Part shown: positions 9,520 to 16,997 of the stretch, in pieces
How the letters are laid out: every line of letters begins with the position of its first letter
Position numbering within the stretch: the first letter of the stretch is position 1
From: a virus
Taxonomy: Duplodnaviria > Heunggongvirae > Uroviricota > Caudoviricetes
Virus record (IMG/VR): IMGVR_UViG_3300002542_000292
Reading direction: 5' to 3' (one strand)
Length of the DNA stretch: 64,000 nt
Position numbers and translations under genes: made by a program
Notes under the pieces: generated by a model
What the model was told of the DNA's origin: nothing
Database searches by the model: none
What the model saw: the letters and a program-made list of their open reading frames with translations, nothing else

Positions 9520-10467
9520 CTAGTCCACCCAGTCCGGCATTTCCTCTACGTCGTATTTTGCGATTTCTCCCGTGGTAGGATTGACAACAAATGCACCTTC
9601 GATCCATGCAGCCGAACGGAACTGCTTGTGCTTTCCGTACGGAAGGATGTACATCAGGTTCCATTCGTCGTCTGGTTCGAAGTGACCTTCGAACAAAATT
9701 GCAGAAGGATAACGGAAACGGACGTGGCGGTCGATGTCGCGATCAAACATCTGGCTCGGCGTGTACCAAATGTTCTCGTCCAAGTGCATTTCCGCCGGGA
9801 TGGACGTGTTGCGGGTATCAACCAACCCATATCCGGGGCTCGCAATACCTCTTCTGTATGCTCGGAACGGGTCCGAAAAGTCTATGATATACAGCAGGTG
9901 TTGTTCACCGTTTACGGAAGAACGGACACCTTTTCCGGTTGTGTAGAAAAAGTGGTCCGGCACGTGGCTGAACACCTTTTCCACGCTCTTTCGGCCGGTC
10001 GGTTCGTATATGATGCGGAGTTTGTCTGCATCAGTTTCTGCCATGTTTCCTTCGAAGGTTTCGACGTCGAGCAGAGCGTATTTTTCCTGGGTCATGAATT
10101 GGGGAACCATCATGGACAGCAGCCAAAAGAGTATCCCCAATACAGTGCAGATAACAACGACGGGAAAGCTGACTGCCATATTCCTTGCCAACTTGCGATC
10201 GTAGATGTGCCATTCCTTGTTGAGCCATAGAGTTACGAATTGGATGATCGTGACCGGCAAAAAGTACCATGCAACGACGGCATCCCAAGTGCGTTCCACC
10301 AGGCACACATAGAATACGAACGTACCCCAGGCAGCACCCAGAAGCAGCCGAGCAACCTGCCAAGCAATGAACTTGCCAAGTTCCTTGTCCAAATGCGCCT
10401 GCTTCCAAGCCCACACGTTGAAATTGACAAACAAGACCGACAACAGCAGAATCGTTACAAACATACA
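9520..10467 (-). CDS. Membrane protein (4 predicted TM helices) with a C-terminal soluble domain
   Basis: ATG preceded by the conserved motif TGTAAGGAGTGTTGTGT; hydrophobic N-terminal half. Confidence 0.6.
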   Translation of the reverse strand, partial: CMFVTILLLSVLFVNFNVWAWKQAHLDKELGKFIAWQVARLLLGAAWGTFVFYVCLVERTWDAVVAWYFLPVTIIQFVTLWLNKEWHIYDRKLARNMAVSFPVVVICTVLGILFWLLSMMVPQFMTQEKYALLDVETFEGNMAETDADKLRIIYEPTGRKSVEKVFSHVPDHFFYTTGKGVRSSVNGEQHLLYIIDFSDPFRAYRRGIASPGYGLVDTRNTSIPAEMHLDENIWYTPSQMFDRDIDRHVRFRYPSAILFEGHFEPDDEWNLMYILPYGKHKQFRSAAWIEGAFVVNPTTGEIAKYDVEEMPDWVD

Positions 10468-10527
10468 CAACACTCCTTACATTTGTTTACATTGTTTTTT
10501 CCATCATATAGCACCAAAGTGTACACG

Positions 10528-10743
10528 TCAATCATTTGACCACGCAAGTGTATTTGGCGGCGTCTGTCTTGGTCCAATTTTGTCCGGAATATTGGTATTC
10601 GTATTGATCGGCATGTGGAGGTACGTCCAACATGCAGTCACGTTCAAATACTCCGTAAATGCTGAGTTCTCGGACGAATATGCAATATGCGAATCGCCTG
10701 AGGTTTCCGTTTTCTGCCACAGGTTCTCTAACTTGTCCATCAT
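10528..10743 (-). CDS. Small hypothetical protein (71 aa)
   Basis: Same orientation as its neighbours; weak RBS. Confidence 0.25.
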   Translation of the reverse strand: MMDKLENLWQKTETSGDSHIAYSSENSAFTEYLNVTACWTYLHMPINTNTNIPDKIGPRQTPPNTLAWSND

Positions 10744-10923
10744 GAAGTCTCGTACTCTGTCCGTTCTATGAACACGATCTTTTCAAACTTTGCGTCCATT
10801 CCCAACACCAAAGCGTATTCTTTGGTCATGTTTCGTCTACTACTTGCATATCAATATATATATATTTGTCTGATGCATATACGATTTGCGGGTACACAAG
10901 TGTGTACCCGCAAATTTTCGAAC

Positions 10924-11967
10924 TTATCTTTGCCGTTCAATGTCCACATCTGCTTCTACATTATGATGCAGTTCAGATTCCAATTCAACGTTGCGTGAGT
11001 ATTTGCGTTCCATTTCCCTTGCTACGGCGTGCACCGCTCTTTCGAAATCCGTTTTCGGTTCTACTGTTCCTTGCAGTACAGCAACAATGCGTTCCCTGTC
11101 CAACGGTCTGTCCTTCATCGCCAGATCTTCTTCGTACCCGGCTACAGTTGGTTTGCTCATTTCCTGTCCGCGTGGAGAACCACCGATGCCTGGGTGACCC
11201 CCAGCTTCTGGTCCAAACAAACGTTGAACCATTTCCTTTGCGTTCAGGTCTTGTGTGTTGGCCGTAGACACCGTAATGGAACCGAAATGTCTGTTGTATG
11301 TCACAATGTTTGGAACGATCTTTTCCAAGTTCGGCGAATAGTAGGATGAATTGCAAAATACGCGATCTGTTTCGAATACACGTACAAATTCGTTTTCGGC
11401 GACAAGTTTCGATTCCACTTCCCGTGCCACGTTTTCCGCCCATTCACGTCCGTTGGCAATAAGTTCCGGATCATTGGTCATAACCCGTTCCAGTATGGCA
11501 GCATGTTCTTCGATTTTTGCCGTCACATCCACAACATCTGTCGGACGCTGTTCCCTCGGTTGCGTGTTGACCCATCCCCAGTATGCATTGAACTTGTCTT
11601 TGAGCTGTACGTGCGGTTCGACGTTGATGTGGTGCGGACCGTTCAGATCGATAAATTCCGCCGTCCTCCAGAATGCTTCGTTTTGAGGCTTGCGTCCTTG
11701 CAGTGCGAGTACGCCTCCGATAGTGTCCAGGTCGATGTGACTGATGATTATGACATCGCCTTCTGGAATTTTGTGCACTTCCGTATTGCACGGTGCCGGA
11801 TTGTCTTTAAACCTGGCCACGTGGTGTGCAAGAGTAGTTTTTCCTTCCAAGACATTGTTGCCATATTCAGCTTCAACGGTGTGGTATCTTATTCCTTGTT
11901 CTTCCAGCGCTTCCTTCAATTGTTGCGCTGTCTCCCACGTAGGGGCCAAGTATACCTTGTTTGCCAT
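10924..11967 (-). CDS. DHH/DHHA1-like phosphoesterase (NrnA-like oligoribonuclease/pAp-phosphatase family), tentative
   Basis: ISHIDLDTIGG and GPHH near the N-terminus, GGHPGIGGS (DHHA1 GGGH-like) near the C-terminus; ATG preceded by GGAAGGAGGTTGTG. Confidence 0.4.
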   Translation of the reverse strand: MANKVYLAPTWETAQQLKEALEEQGIRYHTVEAEYGNNVLEGKTTLAHHVARFKDNPAPCNTEVHKIPEGDVIIISHIDLDTIGGVLALQGRKPQNEAFWRTAEFIDLNGPHHINVEPHVQLKDKFNAYWGWVNTQPREQRPTDVVDVTAKIEEHAAILERVMTNDPELIANGREWAENVAREVESKLVAENEFVRVFETDRVFCNSSYYSPNLEKIVPNIVTYNRHFGSITVSTANTQDLNAKEMVQRLFGPEAGGHPGIGGSPRGQEMSKPTVAGYEEDLAMKDRPLDRERIVAVLQGTVEPKTDFERAVHAVAREMERKYSRNVELESELHHNVEADVDIERQR

Positions 11968-12173
11968 GTTCACAACCTCCTTCCATCACAATTGTATAAC
12001 ACACATATGTATGAACAATACTTACAGTGCGTAAAACATCCATATTGATCAGCAATACGATGAAACAGTCAATACGTCGTATGACGTATCATTTGAGGAA
12101 CTTATCTCTGTGCATTTGGTTGACCCAAAACAGACTGTTGTGCTACCATTACAGATGCAGGAGGTATGTATTG

Positions 12174-12425
12174 ATGGGTCTCGGTGGATTCAAGAGCGGT
12201 TTTCATGCACAGAAAGTACACGTGTCGCAAGCGAAATTTCCGCAATTTCTCATATGTAACCACGATTGTGAGGAAATCGTACAGCTTGTGTCTCACGTTT
12301 CAGGCGAAGTCGAATTCGAACTATGCAGAATCGAAGCAGAAAATATGGCCAAAGTGTTGCTGGATGCAGCCAATCCGAATGTGTATGCAAAGATCTTCGG
12401 TGCAGAAGACGGAAATTCCAACTGA
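12174..12425 (+). CDS. Small hypothetical protein (83 aa)
   Basis: GGAGGT RBS 7 nt upstream of the ATG; putative TTGACC-N18-TACCAT promoter upstream. Confidence 0.45.
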   Translation: MGLGGFKSGFHAQKVHVSQAKFPQFLICNHDCEEIVQLVSHVSGEVEFELCRIEAENMAKVLLDAANPNVYAKIFGAEDGNSN

Positions 12426-12448
12426 ATGCAGACTTTGGTGCAAAGAAA

Positions 12449-12473
12449 AAGACCGTCCGAGACGGACGGTCTT
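12449..12473. terminator. Hairpin AAGACCGTCCG-AGA-CGGACGGTCTT with T-run on the minus strand
   Basis: 11-bp perfect stem between convergent genes. Confidence 0.65.
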
Positions 12474-12553
12474 TCGGTATCAGCGGACTACTGCAACGAC
12501 ACCGGCGGCGACCAACACGTCATGCGCCGAATCCTCGTCGCGCACGAGGCTGT

Positions 12554-13186
12554 TTATCGGATAGACTTCCCGAAGGTCATCAATCCAGCTCCCATACTTT
12601 TCAAGAATTCATCCGAAACTTGGTTGCCTGCCATTTCATTGTACATCCATTCGATGCAGTGCTGTTCATCCGCTTCTCCTTCGATGATGTCGAACGTGCA
12701 CCGTTGTCTGATCATGACAAAGAACGGCAGTTCTTTGAACAGATCGACGAGGAAATTCACTACGTCTTCTTGGGGACGGTCCAGCTCTTCGATGTAGACA
12801 TCGGATTCGAACTGTTTTCTGATGCATCCTTCTACCGAATATTCTTTTGGTGCCGAATTCATCAGAACATCGACTGCATCTGTTGCCAGCTTGCAGATTT
12901 CATCGGACTTGGACGTCACACCGCTGCTGGAAATGTCGGCAATGAACATGAAACGCGCAGTCTCCAGTCCCCATTCAGTTTTATAATTTTCGTTTCTATT
13001 AAAACATAGAGTACCTACATATCGCAATGTTTGAACGAGACGATATCTGCAAGTGTCCATTCGTTTGGATATATTGACGTGTGCCAAATTCTTATGGTAT
13101 GATATGAAGGCAATGATGGGAAATTTTTGAACGAATCCCACATTCGTAATCTGTCGAAATACATTCGGCACTGTAACGGTGATCAT
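12554..13186 (-). CDS. Hypothetical protein (210 aa)
   Basis: ORF with a terminator downstream; no motifs recognised. Confidence 0.45.
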   Translation of the reverse strand: MITVTVPNVFRQITNVGFVQKFPIIAFISYHKNLAHVNISKRMDTCRYRLVQTLRYVGTLCFNRNENYKTEWGLETARFMFIADISSSGVTSKSDEICKLATDAVDVLMNSAPKEYSVEGCIRKQFESDVYIEELDRPQEDVVNFLVDLFKELPFFVMIRQRCTFDIIEGEADEQHCIEWMYNEMAGNQVSDEFLKSMGAGLMTFGKSIR

Positions 13187-13445
13187 TGTGGGCCGCGATT
13201 CGCAAAAAATAGAAAGGATTCACATCGACATAGAAGAAGTCGACCGAACGATGAAGGAAATGATGTTTCCGACTAAGCCTTATTTCAAATTCGTTGCAAA
13301 AGTGTTCGGCGGCTTTGTGATCCTTACGCTGTCAATCTATCTTGCGAATACGGTCAACGATGAATTGCTCAGCTTCCCATTCGGCATGTTGTTTTTGCTA
13401 TCTGCATTCTTGTTTTTGGTCGCAATTTTTCATTCTTTCGAATAA
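13179..13445 (+). CDS. Small membrane protein (88 aa, 2 TM)
   Basis: Hydrophobic C-terminal half. Confidence 0.4.
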   Translation: MIIVGRDSQKIERIHIDIEEVDRTMKEMMFPTKPYFKFVAKVFGGFVILTLSIYLANTVNDELLSFPFGMLFLLSAFLFLVAIFHSFE

Positions 13446-13465
13446 ATTCTTGTTTCAATTTGCAT

Positions 13466-13542
<77 letters not shown>

Positions 13543-13574
13543 AAACACAAGATTATCTGTTTGGGTGATGTACG

Positions 13575-13742
13575 ATGCAAGAGAATTCTGTGGAAATGGA
13601 TGGGGAAAAACGCAATCAGGAACGCAGGGAAGCCATTCCCAATGCTTTTTGGAATATCGTGGGATTCATCTTTTTCGCAGTGACAATTACGGTATTCGCT
13701 TTCCTGTTTGTCGTGACTCAAGGATTTGGTTATCTGAAATGA
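13575..13742 (+). CDS. Small membrane protein (55 aa), not in the ORF track (below its 60-aa floor)
   Basis: GGGTGA RBS; translation MQENSVEMDGEKRNQERREAIPNAFWNIVGFIFFAVTITVFAFLFVVTQGFGYLK has one TM helix; fits exactly between two tRNAs. Confidence 0.4.
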   Translation: MQENSVEMDGEKRNQERREAIPNAFWNIVGFIFFAVTITVFAFLFVVTQGFGYLK

Positions 13743-13748
13743 CAATGT

Positions 13749-13826
13749 AGGGATGTAGCGCAGCTTGGTCAGCGCACCTGATTTGGGATCAGGGGGTCGC
13801 AGGTTCGAATCCTGTCATCCCTACCA
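13749..13826 (+). tRNA. tRNA-Pro(TGG), CCA encoded
   Basis: Acceptor AGGGATG/CATCCCT, anticodon stem CCTGA/TCAGG with loop TTTGGGA, T-arm GCAGG-TTCGAAT-CCTGT. Confidence 0.8.
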
Positions 13827-14094
13827 TACATAACACATTCAATCATCTGACAAAGTACAGGGTCAAAGATGTTCAGTTTGGTAAAAACGTTGCGTAGCAG
13901 ACGGAAGCGAATTTGGGGTTGAGTATGATTCATCCCTGGAAAGAACAACGGAACCCTGTATATTTTCTACACGATTTGAGCAAATGCATTCCCAATCGTG
14001 GAGTAATCATGCCATACAAATTTTCGACAAGGGAAAATGACAAGGGAAAATGAAGTAAAGAATGCTGTATTACGTCCGAACGGAGGAATGTACC

Positions 14095-14478
14095 TTGAAA
14101 AAGATGGCATTGGTGCTGATTATCCTAACCTTATTGGCATCCGGATGCGGTTCTGCAGATGTCGGACCCGAACCTGCACCTGCACCCATTGCCGAACATG
14201 AAGTCAAGCATGAGACCGTTGGAACGGCAACTTCTCCTACTGTATACGATGACCCGACGACTTACAAATATAATTCGTCAGACGTTCGGTTTGTCGTCGT
14301 AGACTACCAACACATCAGCGACGGTACCAAAAGCGGAATCACGATCAAGACGTTGGTAGACGTCGAAACTCGGGTCATGTACGTCCTCATGGAAAAGTTC
14401 CAGGCGGGATATGGTCTTAGCATACATCCAATTTTGGACGTGGATGGCAGTCCTCTCATTTATGACAAGGATTTCTGA
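14095..14478 (+). CDS. Lipoprotein (TTG start; signal MKKMALVLIILTLLASGC)
   Basis: GGAGGAA RBS, K-K n-region, hydrophobic core and LASGC lipobox. Confidence 0.6.
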   Translation: MKKMALVLIILTLLASGCGSADVGPEPAPAPIAEHEVKHETVGTATSPTVYDDPTTYKYNSSDVRFVVVDYQHISDGTKSGITIKTLVDVETRVMYVLMEKFQAGYGLSIHPILDVDGSPLIYDKDF

Positions 14479-14885
14479 TACGGTGGTTGTGGTGGAATGG
14501 CAGACACGCCAGATTGTGGATTTGGTGTCCGAAAGGACGTGAGGGTTTGAGTCCCTCCAATCACCCCATTACATATGTGCTGGCTTAGTTCAGATGGTAG
14601 AACATCCGCAGAGAACCTATTTTGGACTTCCAAATTCGCACCGGCATCCCGCAGGATTTCATAGGATTTTACATCTCCTGCTTGTGCTGCAAAGTGGAGT
14701 GCCGTATTACCGTAGTAATATTCGACTTCTTCTGTATCCGCTCCGAGGTCGAGGAGCAAACGGAGTACATCGTGTTTCCCTTCAGACGCAGCATACATCA
14801 ACGGTGTGATTCCACGCAACACGGGAATACATCGGGATTGATGTTCACGCCGTTTGCGTGGAGTTTCTCGATTTTTCCACGTCAC
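14460..14885 (-). CDS. Ankyrin-repeat protein
   Basis: GITPLMYAASEGKHDVLRLLLDLGADTE and GNTALHFAAQAGDVKSYEILRDAGANLEV are canonical ANK repeats; GTG start. The 3' ~120 nt is antisense to tRNA-His, so the true C-terminus may lie earlier or a frameshift may be present. Confidence 0.65.
   Translation of the reverse strand: MTWKNRETPRKRREHQSRCIPVLRGITPLMYAASEGKHDVLRLLLDLGADTEEVEYYYGNTALHFAAQAGDVKSYEILRDAGANLEVQNRFSADVLPSELSQHICNGVIGGTQTLTSFRTPNPQSGVSAIPPQPPYQKSLS
14482..14568 (+). tRNA. Non-canonical tRNA-His(GTG) with a type II (long variable arm) body; G-1 and C73 present; CCA encoded
   Basis: G-1 then acceptor GTGGTTG/CAATCAC, D-stem GTG/CAC, anticodon stem CCAGA/TTTGG with loop TTGTGGA, 15-nt variable arm GTCC-GAAA-GGAC, T-arm GAGGG-TTTGAGT-CCCTC, C73 then CCA. 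Confidence 0.55.
14579..14604 (+). pseudogene. Orphan tRNA 5' half (acceptor plus D-arm, GCTGGCTTAGTTCAGATGGTAGAAC) with no matching anticodon, T-arm or 3' acceptor strand
   Basis: Canonical D-arm GTTC-AGATGGTA-GAAC read directly; downstream sequence cannot complete a cloverleaf; lies inside the antisense ankyrin ORF. Confidence 0.4.
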
Positions 14886-15109
14886 TTTGGGCTACAGCTT
14901 CGGCGAGTTCTTCATGTTCCTGGTACATTTCAAACATTCACAACACTCCCTTACATAAATGCAGCATATATCAATTGTGACATTCGAAACTGCATTTGGT
15001 CAATAATTAAACATGTGCTTCACAAGAAATCCATCCGCATGTATATCTATACCCATATATTGACTATGCATGCGCATCTGTGATAAAATAATGAATAGAT
15101 CTGACATTT

Positions 15110-15185
15110 GGGCCGAAAGCTAATCTAGTGAAAGCGCCCGCCTGAAAAGCGGGAGAGTCTGGGGCGGAACCAGATCGGCCCACCA
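15110..15185 (+). pseudogene. Degenerate tRNA-like element (Phe GAA-like) with an aberrant T-loop and a 2-bp D-stem
   Basis: Acceptor GGGCCGA/TCGGCCC, A73 plus CCA, perfect anticodon stem CCCGC/GCGGG with loop CTGAAAA, but T-loop GGCGGAA lacks the TTC signature. Confidence 0.4.
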
Positions 15186-15199
15186 TAAACGATACGATT

Positions 15200-15348
15200 C
15201 ATCGGATGTACAGTGAAGGTAAAAGGCTATGCGCAAGCCCGGTGAGGGGGAGAGAGAAACCAACAGTCTGCAGGGATTCTAGATTAACTGCAGTGCGGGA
15301 GTAACGCCCTACAATGAATAGCTCACCACCTTCACTGTACATCCGATG
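15200..15348 (+). ncRNA. Structured element: 21-bp perfect inverted repeat (CATCGGATGTACAGTGAAGGT ... ACCTTCACTGTACATCCGATG) closing a 107-nt interior with internal palindromes; candidate ncRNA or miniature mobile element inside the tRNA array
   Basis: Arms at 15200-15220 and 15328-15348 are exact reverse complements; interior carries the palindrome CTGCAG...CTGCAG; no ORF. Confidence 0.45.
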
Positions 15349-15444
15349 TAGATGCATTGTCCAGAAGCTTTGATAGGTGAAGCTGACCCCATGCACGCGG
15401 GGCGAAGGTGAGTTCAAGTCTCCCCTGGACAGCCCTCAAGTTAT

Positions 15445-15522
15445 AGGGGTATGGAGTCGATTTGGTAAGACGCCCGACTGTTAATCGGGAGCATGCAGGT
15501 TCGAATCCTGCTACCCCTGCCA
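15445..15522 (+). tRNA. tRNA-Asn(GTT), CCA encoded
   Basis: Acceptor AGGGGTA/TACCCCT, anticodon stem CCCGA/TCGGG with loop CTGTTAA, T-arm GCAGG-TTCGAAT-CCTGC, G73 plus CCA. Confidence 0.75.
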
Positions 15523-15523
15523 T

Positions 15524-15597
15524 GGGTCCGTAGTGTAACGGTAGCACAGCACCCTTTTAAGGTGTCAGTTCAGGTTCGAATCCTGGGGGACCCACCA
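15524..15597 (+). tRNA. tRNA-Lys(TTT), CCA encoded
   Basis: Anticodon loop CTTTTAA, T-arm TTCGAAT, acceptor GGGTCCG/GGGACCC with one mismatch. Confidence 0.7.
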
Positions 15598-15610
15598 GAA
15601 AATACAACGT

Positions 15611-15686
15611 GGCGGGTTAGGCAAGAGGCTAAGCCGCAGGACTTTCAATCCTGTATCGGAGGGTTCGATTCCCCCACCCGTCACCA
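15611..15686 (+). tRNA. tRNA-Glu(TTC), CCA encoded
   Basis: Acceptor GGCGGGT/ACCCGTC, anticodon stem CAGGA/TCCTG with loop CTTTCAA, T-loop TTCGATT. Confidence 0.65.
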
Positions 15687-15698
15687 TAAACAGTTTTA

Positions 15699-15793
15699 CA
15701 GACCGGTATGGGGCGGCGTCACGCAAGTTCGATTCCCGCTCGCGAAGAGAATGGGTGACGTCGTCGGTGGTTCGAATCCGCCCCAGCCTGCCA
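15699..15793 (+). other. Unresolved tRNA-like element (~95 nt): good T-arm GGTGG-TTCGAAT-CCGCC and a G-CCA tail, but no clean 5' acceptor partner; an extra internal TTCGATT motif. Possibly an intron-containing, Sec-like or fused/degenerate tRNA
   Basis: 3' end CCAGCCT-G-CCA matches the tail style of neighbouring tRNAs; the 5' strand AGACCGG pairs only 5 of 7; internal GTCAC/GTGAC helix. Confidence 0.3.
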
Positions 15794-15794
15794 T

Positions 15795-15878
15795 AAGGGT
15801 GAGAGGCTCAAAGGCGAAAGGTAAGCCGCGGGGCTCCAAATCCCGTGCCAAGAGGTTCGATTCCTTCCACCCTTGCCA
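15795..15878 (+). tRNA. tRNA-Trp(CCA) with an expanded 15-nt D-loop, 84 nt, CCA encoded
   Basis: Perfect acceptor AAGGGTG/CACCCTT, anticodon stem CGGGG/TCCCG with loop CTCCAAA, T-loop TTCGATT; D-arm GGCT-CAAAGGCGAAAGGTA-AGCC is abnormally long. Confidence 0.6.
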
Positions 15879-15879
15879 T

Positions 15880-15954
15880 GCGGAATTAGTTTAGTCGGTA
15901 AAACGACGGCTTTCCAAGCCGTAGTGACGAGTTCGAATCTCGTATTCCGTTCCA
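15880..15954 (+). tRNA. tRNA-Gly(TCC), CCA encoded
   Basis: Acceptor GCGGAAT/ATTCCGT, anticodon stem ACGGC/GCCGT with loop TTTCCAA, T-loop TTCGAAT. Confidence 0.75.
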
Positions 15955-16040
15955 TTTCGCATTCGCTCAACAGATATTCGCTCAACCACATTCGTTCAAC
16001 TTATATTCGCTCAACCTATATCCGCTCAACTTCCTTTCTA
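15955..16040 (+). repeat. Five tandem copies of a 13-15-nt unit ATTCGCTCAAC(NNN) between tRNA-Gly and tRNA-Cys
   Basis: CATTCGCTCAACAGAT / ATTCGCTCAACCAC / ATTCGTTCAACTTAT / ATTCGCTCAACCTAT / ATCCGCTCAACTTCC read directly. Confidence 0.7.
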
Positions 16041-16044
16041 CTAC

Positions 16045-16130
16045 GCAGGTGTAGCGAAGAGGTCAAACGCGGCGGATTGCAAATCCGCTCCTGCAAAGGT
16101 TCGTAGGTTCGAATCCTACCACCTGCTCCA
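16045..16130 (+). tRNA. tRNA-Cys(GCA)-like with an unusual 14-nt variable arm (86 nt), CCA encoded
   Basis: Acceptor GCAGGTG/CACCTGC, perfect anticodon stem GCGGA/TCCGC with loop TTGCAAA, T-arm GTAGG-TTCGAAT-CCTAC; the variable region TCCTGCAAAGGTTC is long for Cys. Confidence 0.55.
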
Positions 16131-16133
16131 TTT

Positions 16134-16211
16134 GTAGCTGGCGGGAGGTCGGTATCTCACGAGGGTTCATAACCCTTGGCAACTCGGTTCGACTCCGAGG
16201 CGCAGCAACCA
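16134..16211 (+). tRNA. tRNA-like with CAT anticodon (Met/Ile2 type); acceptor stem not resolved, one extra nucleotide before CCA
   Basis: Anticodon stem GAGGG/CCCTT with loop TTCATAA and T-arm CTCGG-TTCGACT-CCGAG are clean; the 5' GCTGGCG versus 3' GCGCAGCA region does not pair canonically. Confidence 0.35.
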
Positions 16212-16220
16212 AATCTACGC

Positions 16221-16295
16221 GGTTCTTTCGTTCAGTGGTTAGGACGCTGCCCTGTCACGGCAGAGACGGGGGTTCGATTCCCCCAAGAACCGCCA
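16221..16295 (+). tRNA. tRNA-Asp(GTC), CCA encoded
   Basis: Acceptor GGTTCTT/AAGAACC, D-arm GTTC-AGTGGTTAGGAC-GCTG, anticodon stem CTGCC/GGCAG with loop CTGTCAC, T-arm GGGGG-TTCGATT-CCCCC, G73 plus CCA. Confidence 0.8.
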
Positions 16296-16299
16296 TACA

Positions 16300-16373
16300 T
16301 CGGAATTGGTATAATGGTCAGCACACGGGGATTTGATTCCCGTAGTTTGGGTTCGAATCCCAAGCCCCCCGCC
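16300..16373 (+). tRNA. tRNA-Gln(TTG)-like; 5' acceptor strand unresolved (3' strand is GCCCCCC-G-CCA)
   Basis: Anticodon stem CGGGG/TCCCG with loop ATTTGAT, T-arm TTGGG-TTCGAAT-CCCAA; no G-rich 5' partner found. Confidence 0.35.
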
Positions 16374-16392
16374 AAATATGCTACTCTCTTCC

Positions 16393-16418
16393 AGGGACGG
16401 ACACCATGTTCCGTCCCT
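16393..16418 (+). terminator. Hairpin AGGGACGGA-CACCATGT-TCCGTCCCT closing the tRNA array
   Basis: 9-bp perfect stem; no T-run, so it may be a processing site or attenuator. Confidence 0.35.
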
Positions 16419-16419
16419 G

Positions 16420-16788
16420 ATGCATATGCGGTCATTTCAATCGATTCGGGAGACGGGTATTCATGGGATACAGGTATCCCTTGTACAATTGGTAGGAGAT
16501 TTTGTATGTGCAGATGTAGTATGTAGCGGAAATCCGAGAGTGCTCGAATTTTGGGGCGTGGATACCAAGACAGGTGAAGTTCTGTTATCATTCAGTCTAT
16601 TCCCCAAAGGAACAAACCAACATTGGGAAATTTTGGCTGTCGTACATGCGTTGCAATATTTTCTGACGAAAATCATCTATACAGATTCGGTGATAGTTCT
16701 TGCTTGGGTGAAGAACAAGAAGATTTCCACAGACTTGGTGCGCGATGATTCGACGGAAGAACTGTGGCAAAAACTGAAATGGTTGTGA
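16420..16788 (+). CDS. RNase H-like (type 1 ribonuclease H) protein
   Basis: VCSGNPRV...GTNQHWEILAVVHALQYF matches the RNase HI pattern (GNPG...TNNxAELxAxxxAL); the ORF-track start at 16333 lies inside a tRNA, so the first ATG after the array was used. Confidence 0.5.
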   Translation: MHMRSFQSIRETGIHGIQVSLVQLVGDFVCADVVCSGNPRVLEFWGVDTKTGEVLLSFSLFPKGTNQHWEILAVVHALQYFLTKIIYTDSVIVLAWVKNKKISTDLVRDDSTEELWQKLKWL

Positions 16789-16925
16789 CACAATTCTTGC
16801 ACCAATCGGGTTCTTAAATGGAATACGCACAAGCACGGCGACATCAAGGCAGACTATAACAGGAAATAATATGCACATGGTCTTCCAAACAAAGTGTGAA
16901 GAGAATATCTTCAAACACCGCAGAA

Positions 16926-16955
16926 TTGACACGAAATGCAACTTTCTGGCATAAT
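16926..16955 (+). promoter_or_regulatory. Promoter TTGACA-N18-CATAAT
   Basis: TTGACA 16926-16931, CATAAT 16950-16955, upstream of 16998. Confidence 0.5.
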
Positions 16956-16997
16956 GGTGGTGTACAGTCGTATACCAATGTATAGGAGGGTATTTTT

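Noticed and set aside
15186-15444. tmRNA or RNase P RNA hypothesis for the structured region in the tRNA array
   Set aside because: No tag-peptide reading frame ending in a stop flanked by a tRNA-Ala-like domain was found, and no RNase P conserved boxes (GGAAAGTCCGG, ACAGNAACC) were found; kept only as an unclassified structured element
15332-15991. Minus-strand ORFs 15332-15547 and 15719-15991, and plus ORFs 15493-15894, 15873-16106, 16176-16526 across the tRNA array
   Set aside because: They read through consecutive tRNA genes (TTCGAAT T-loops in frame) and are artefacts of stop-poor structured sequence
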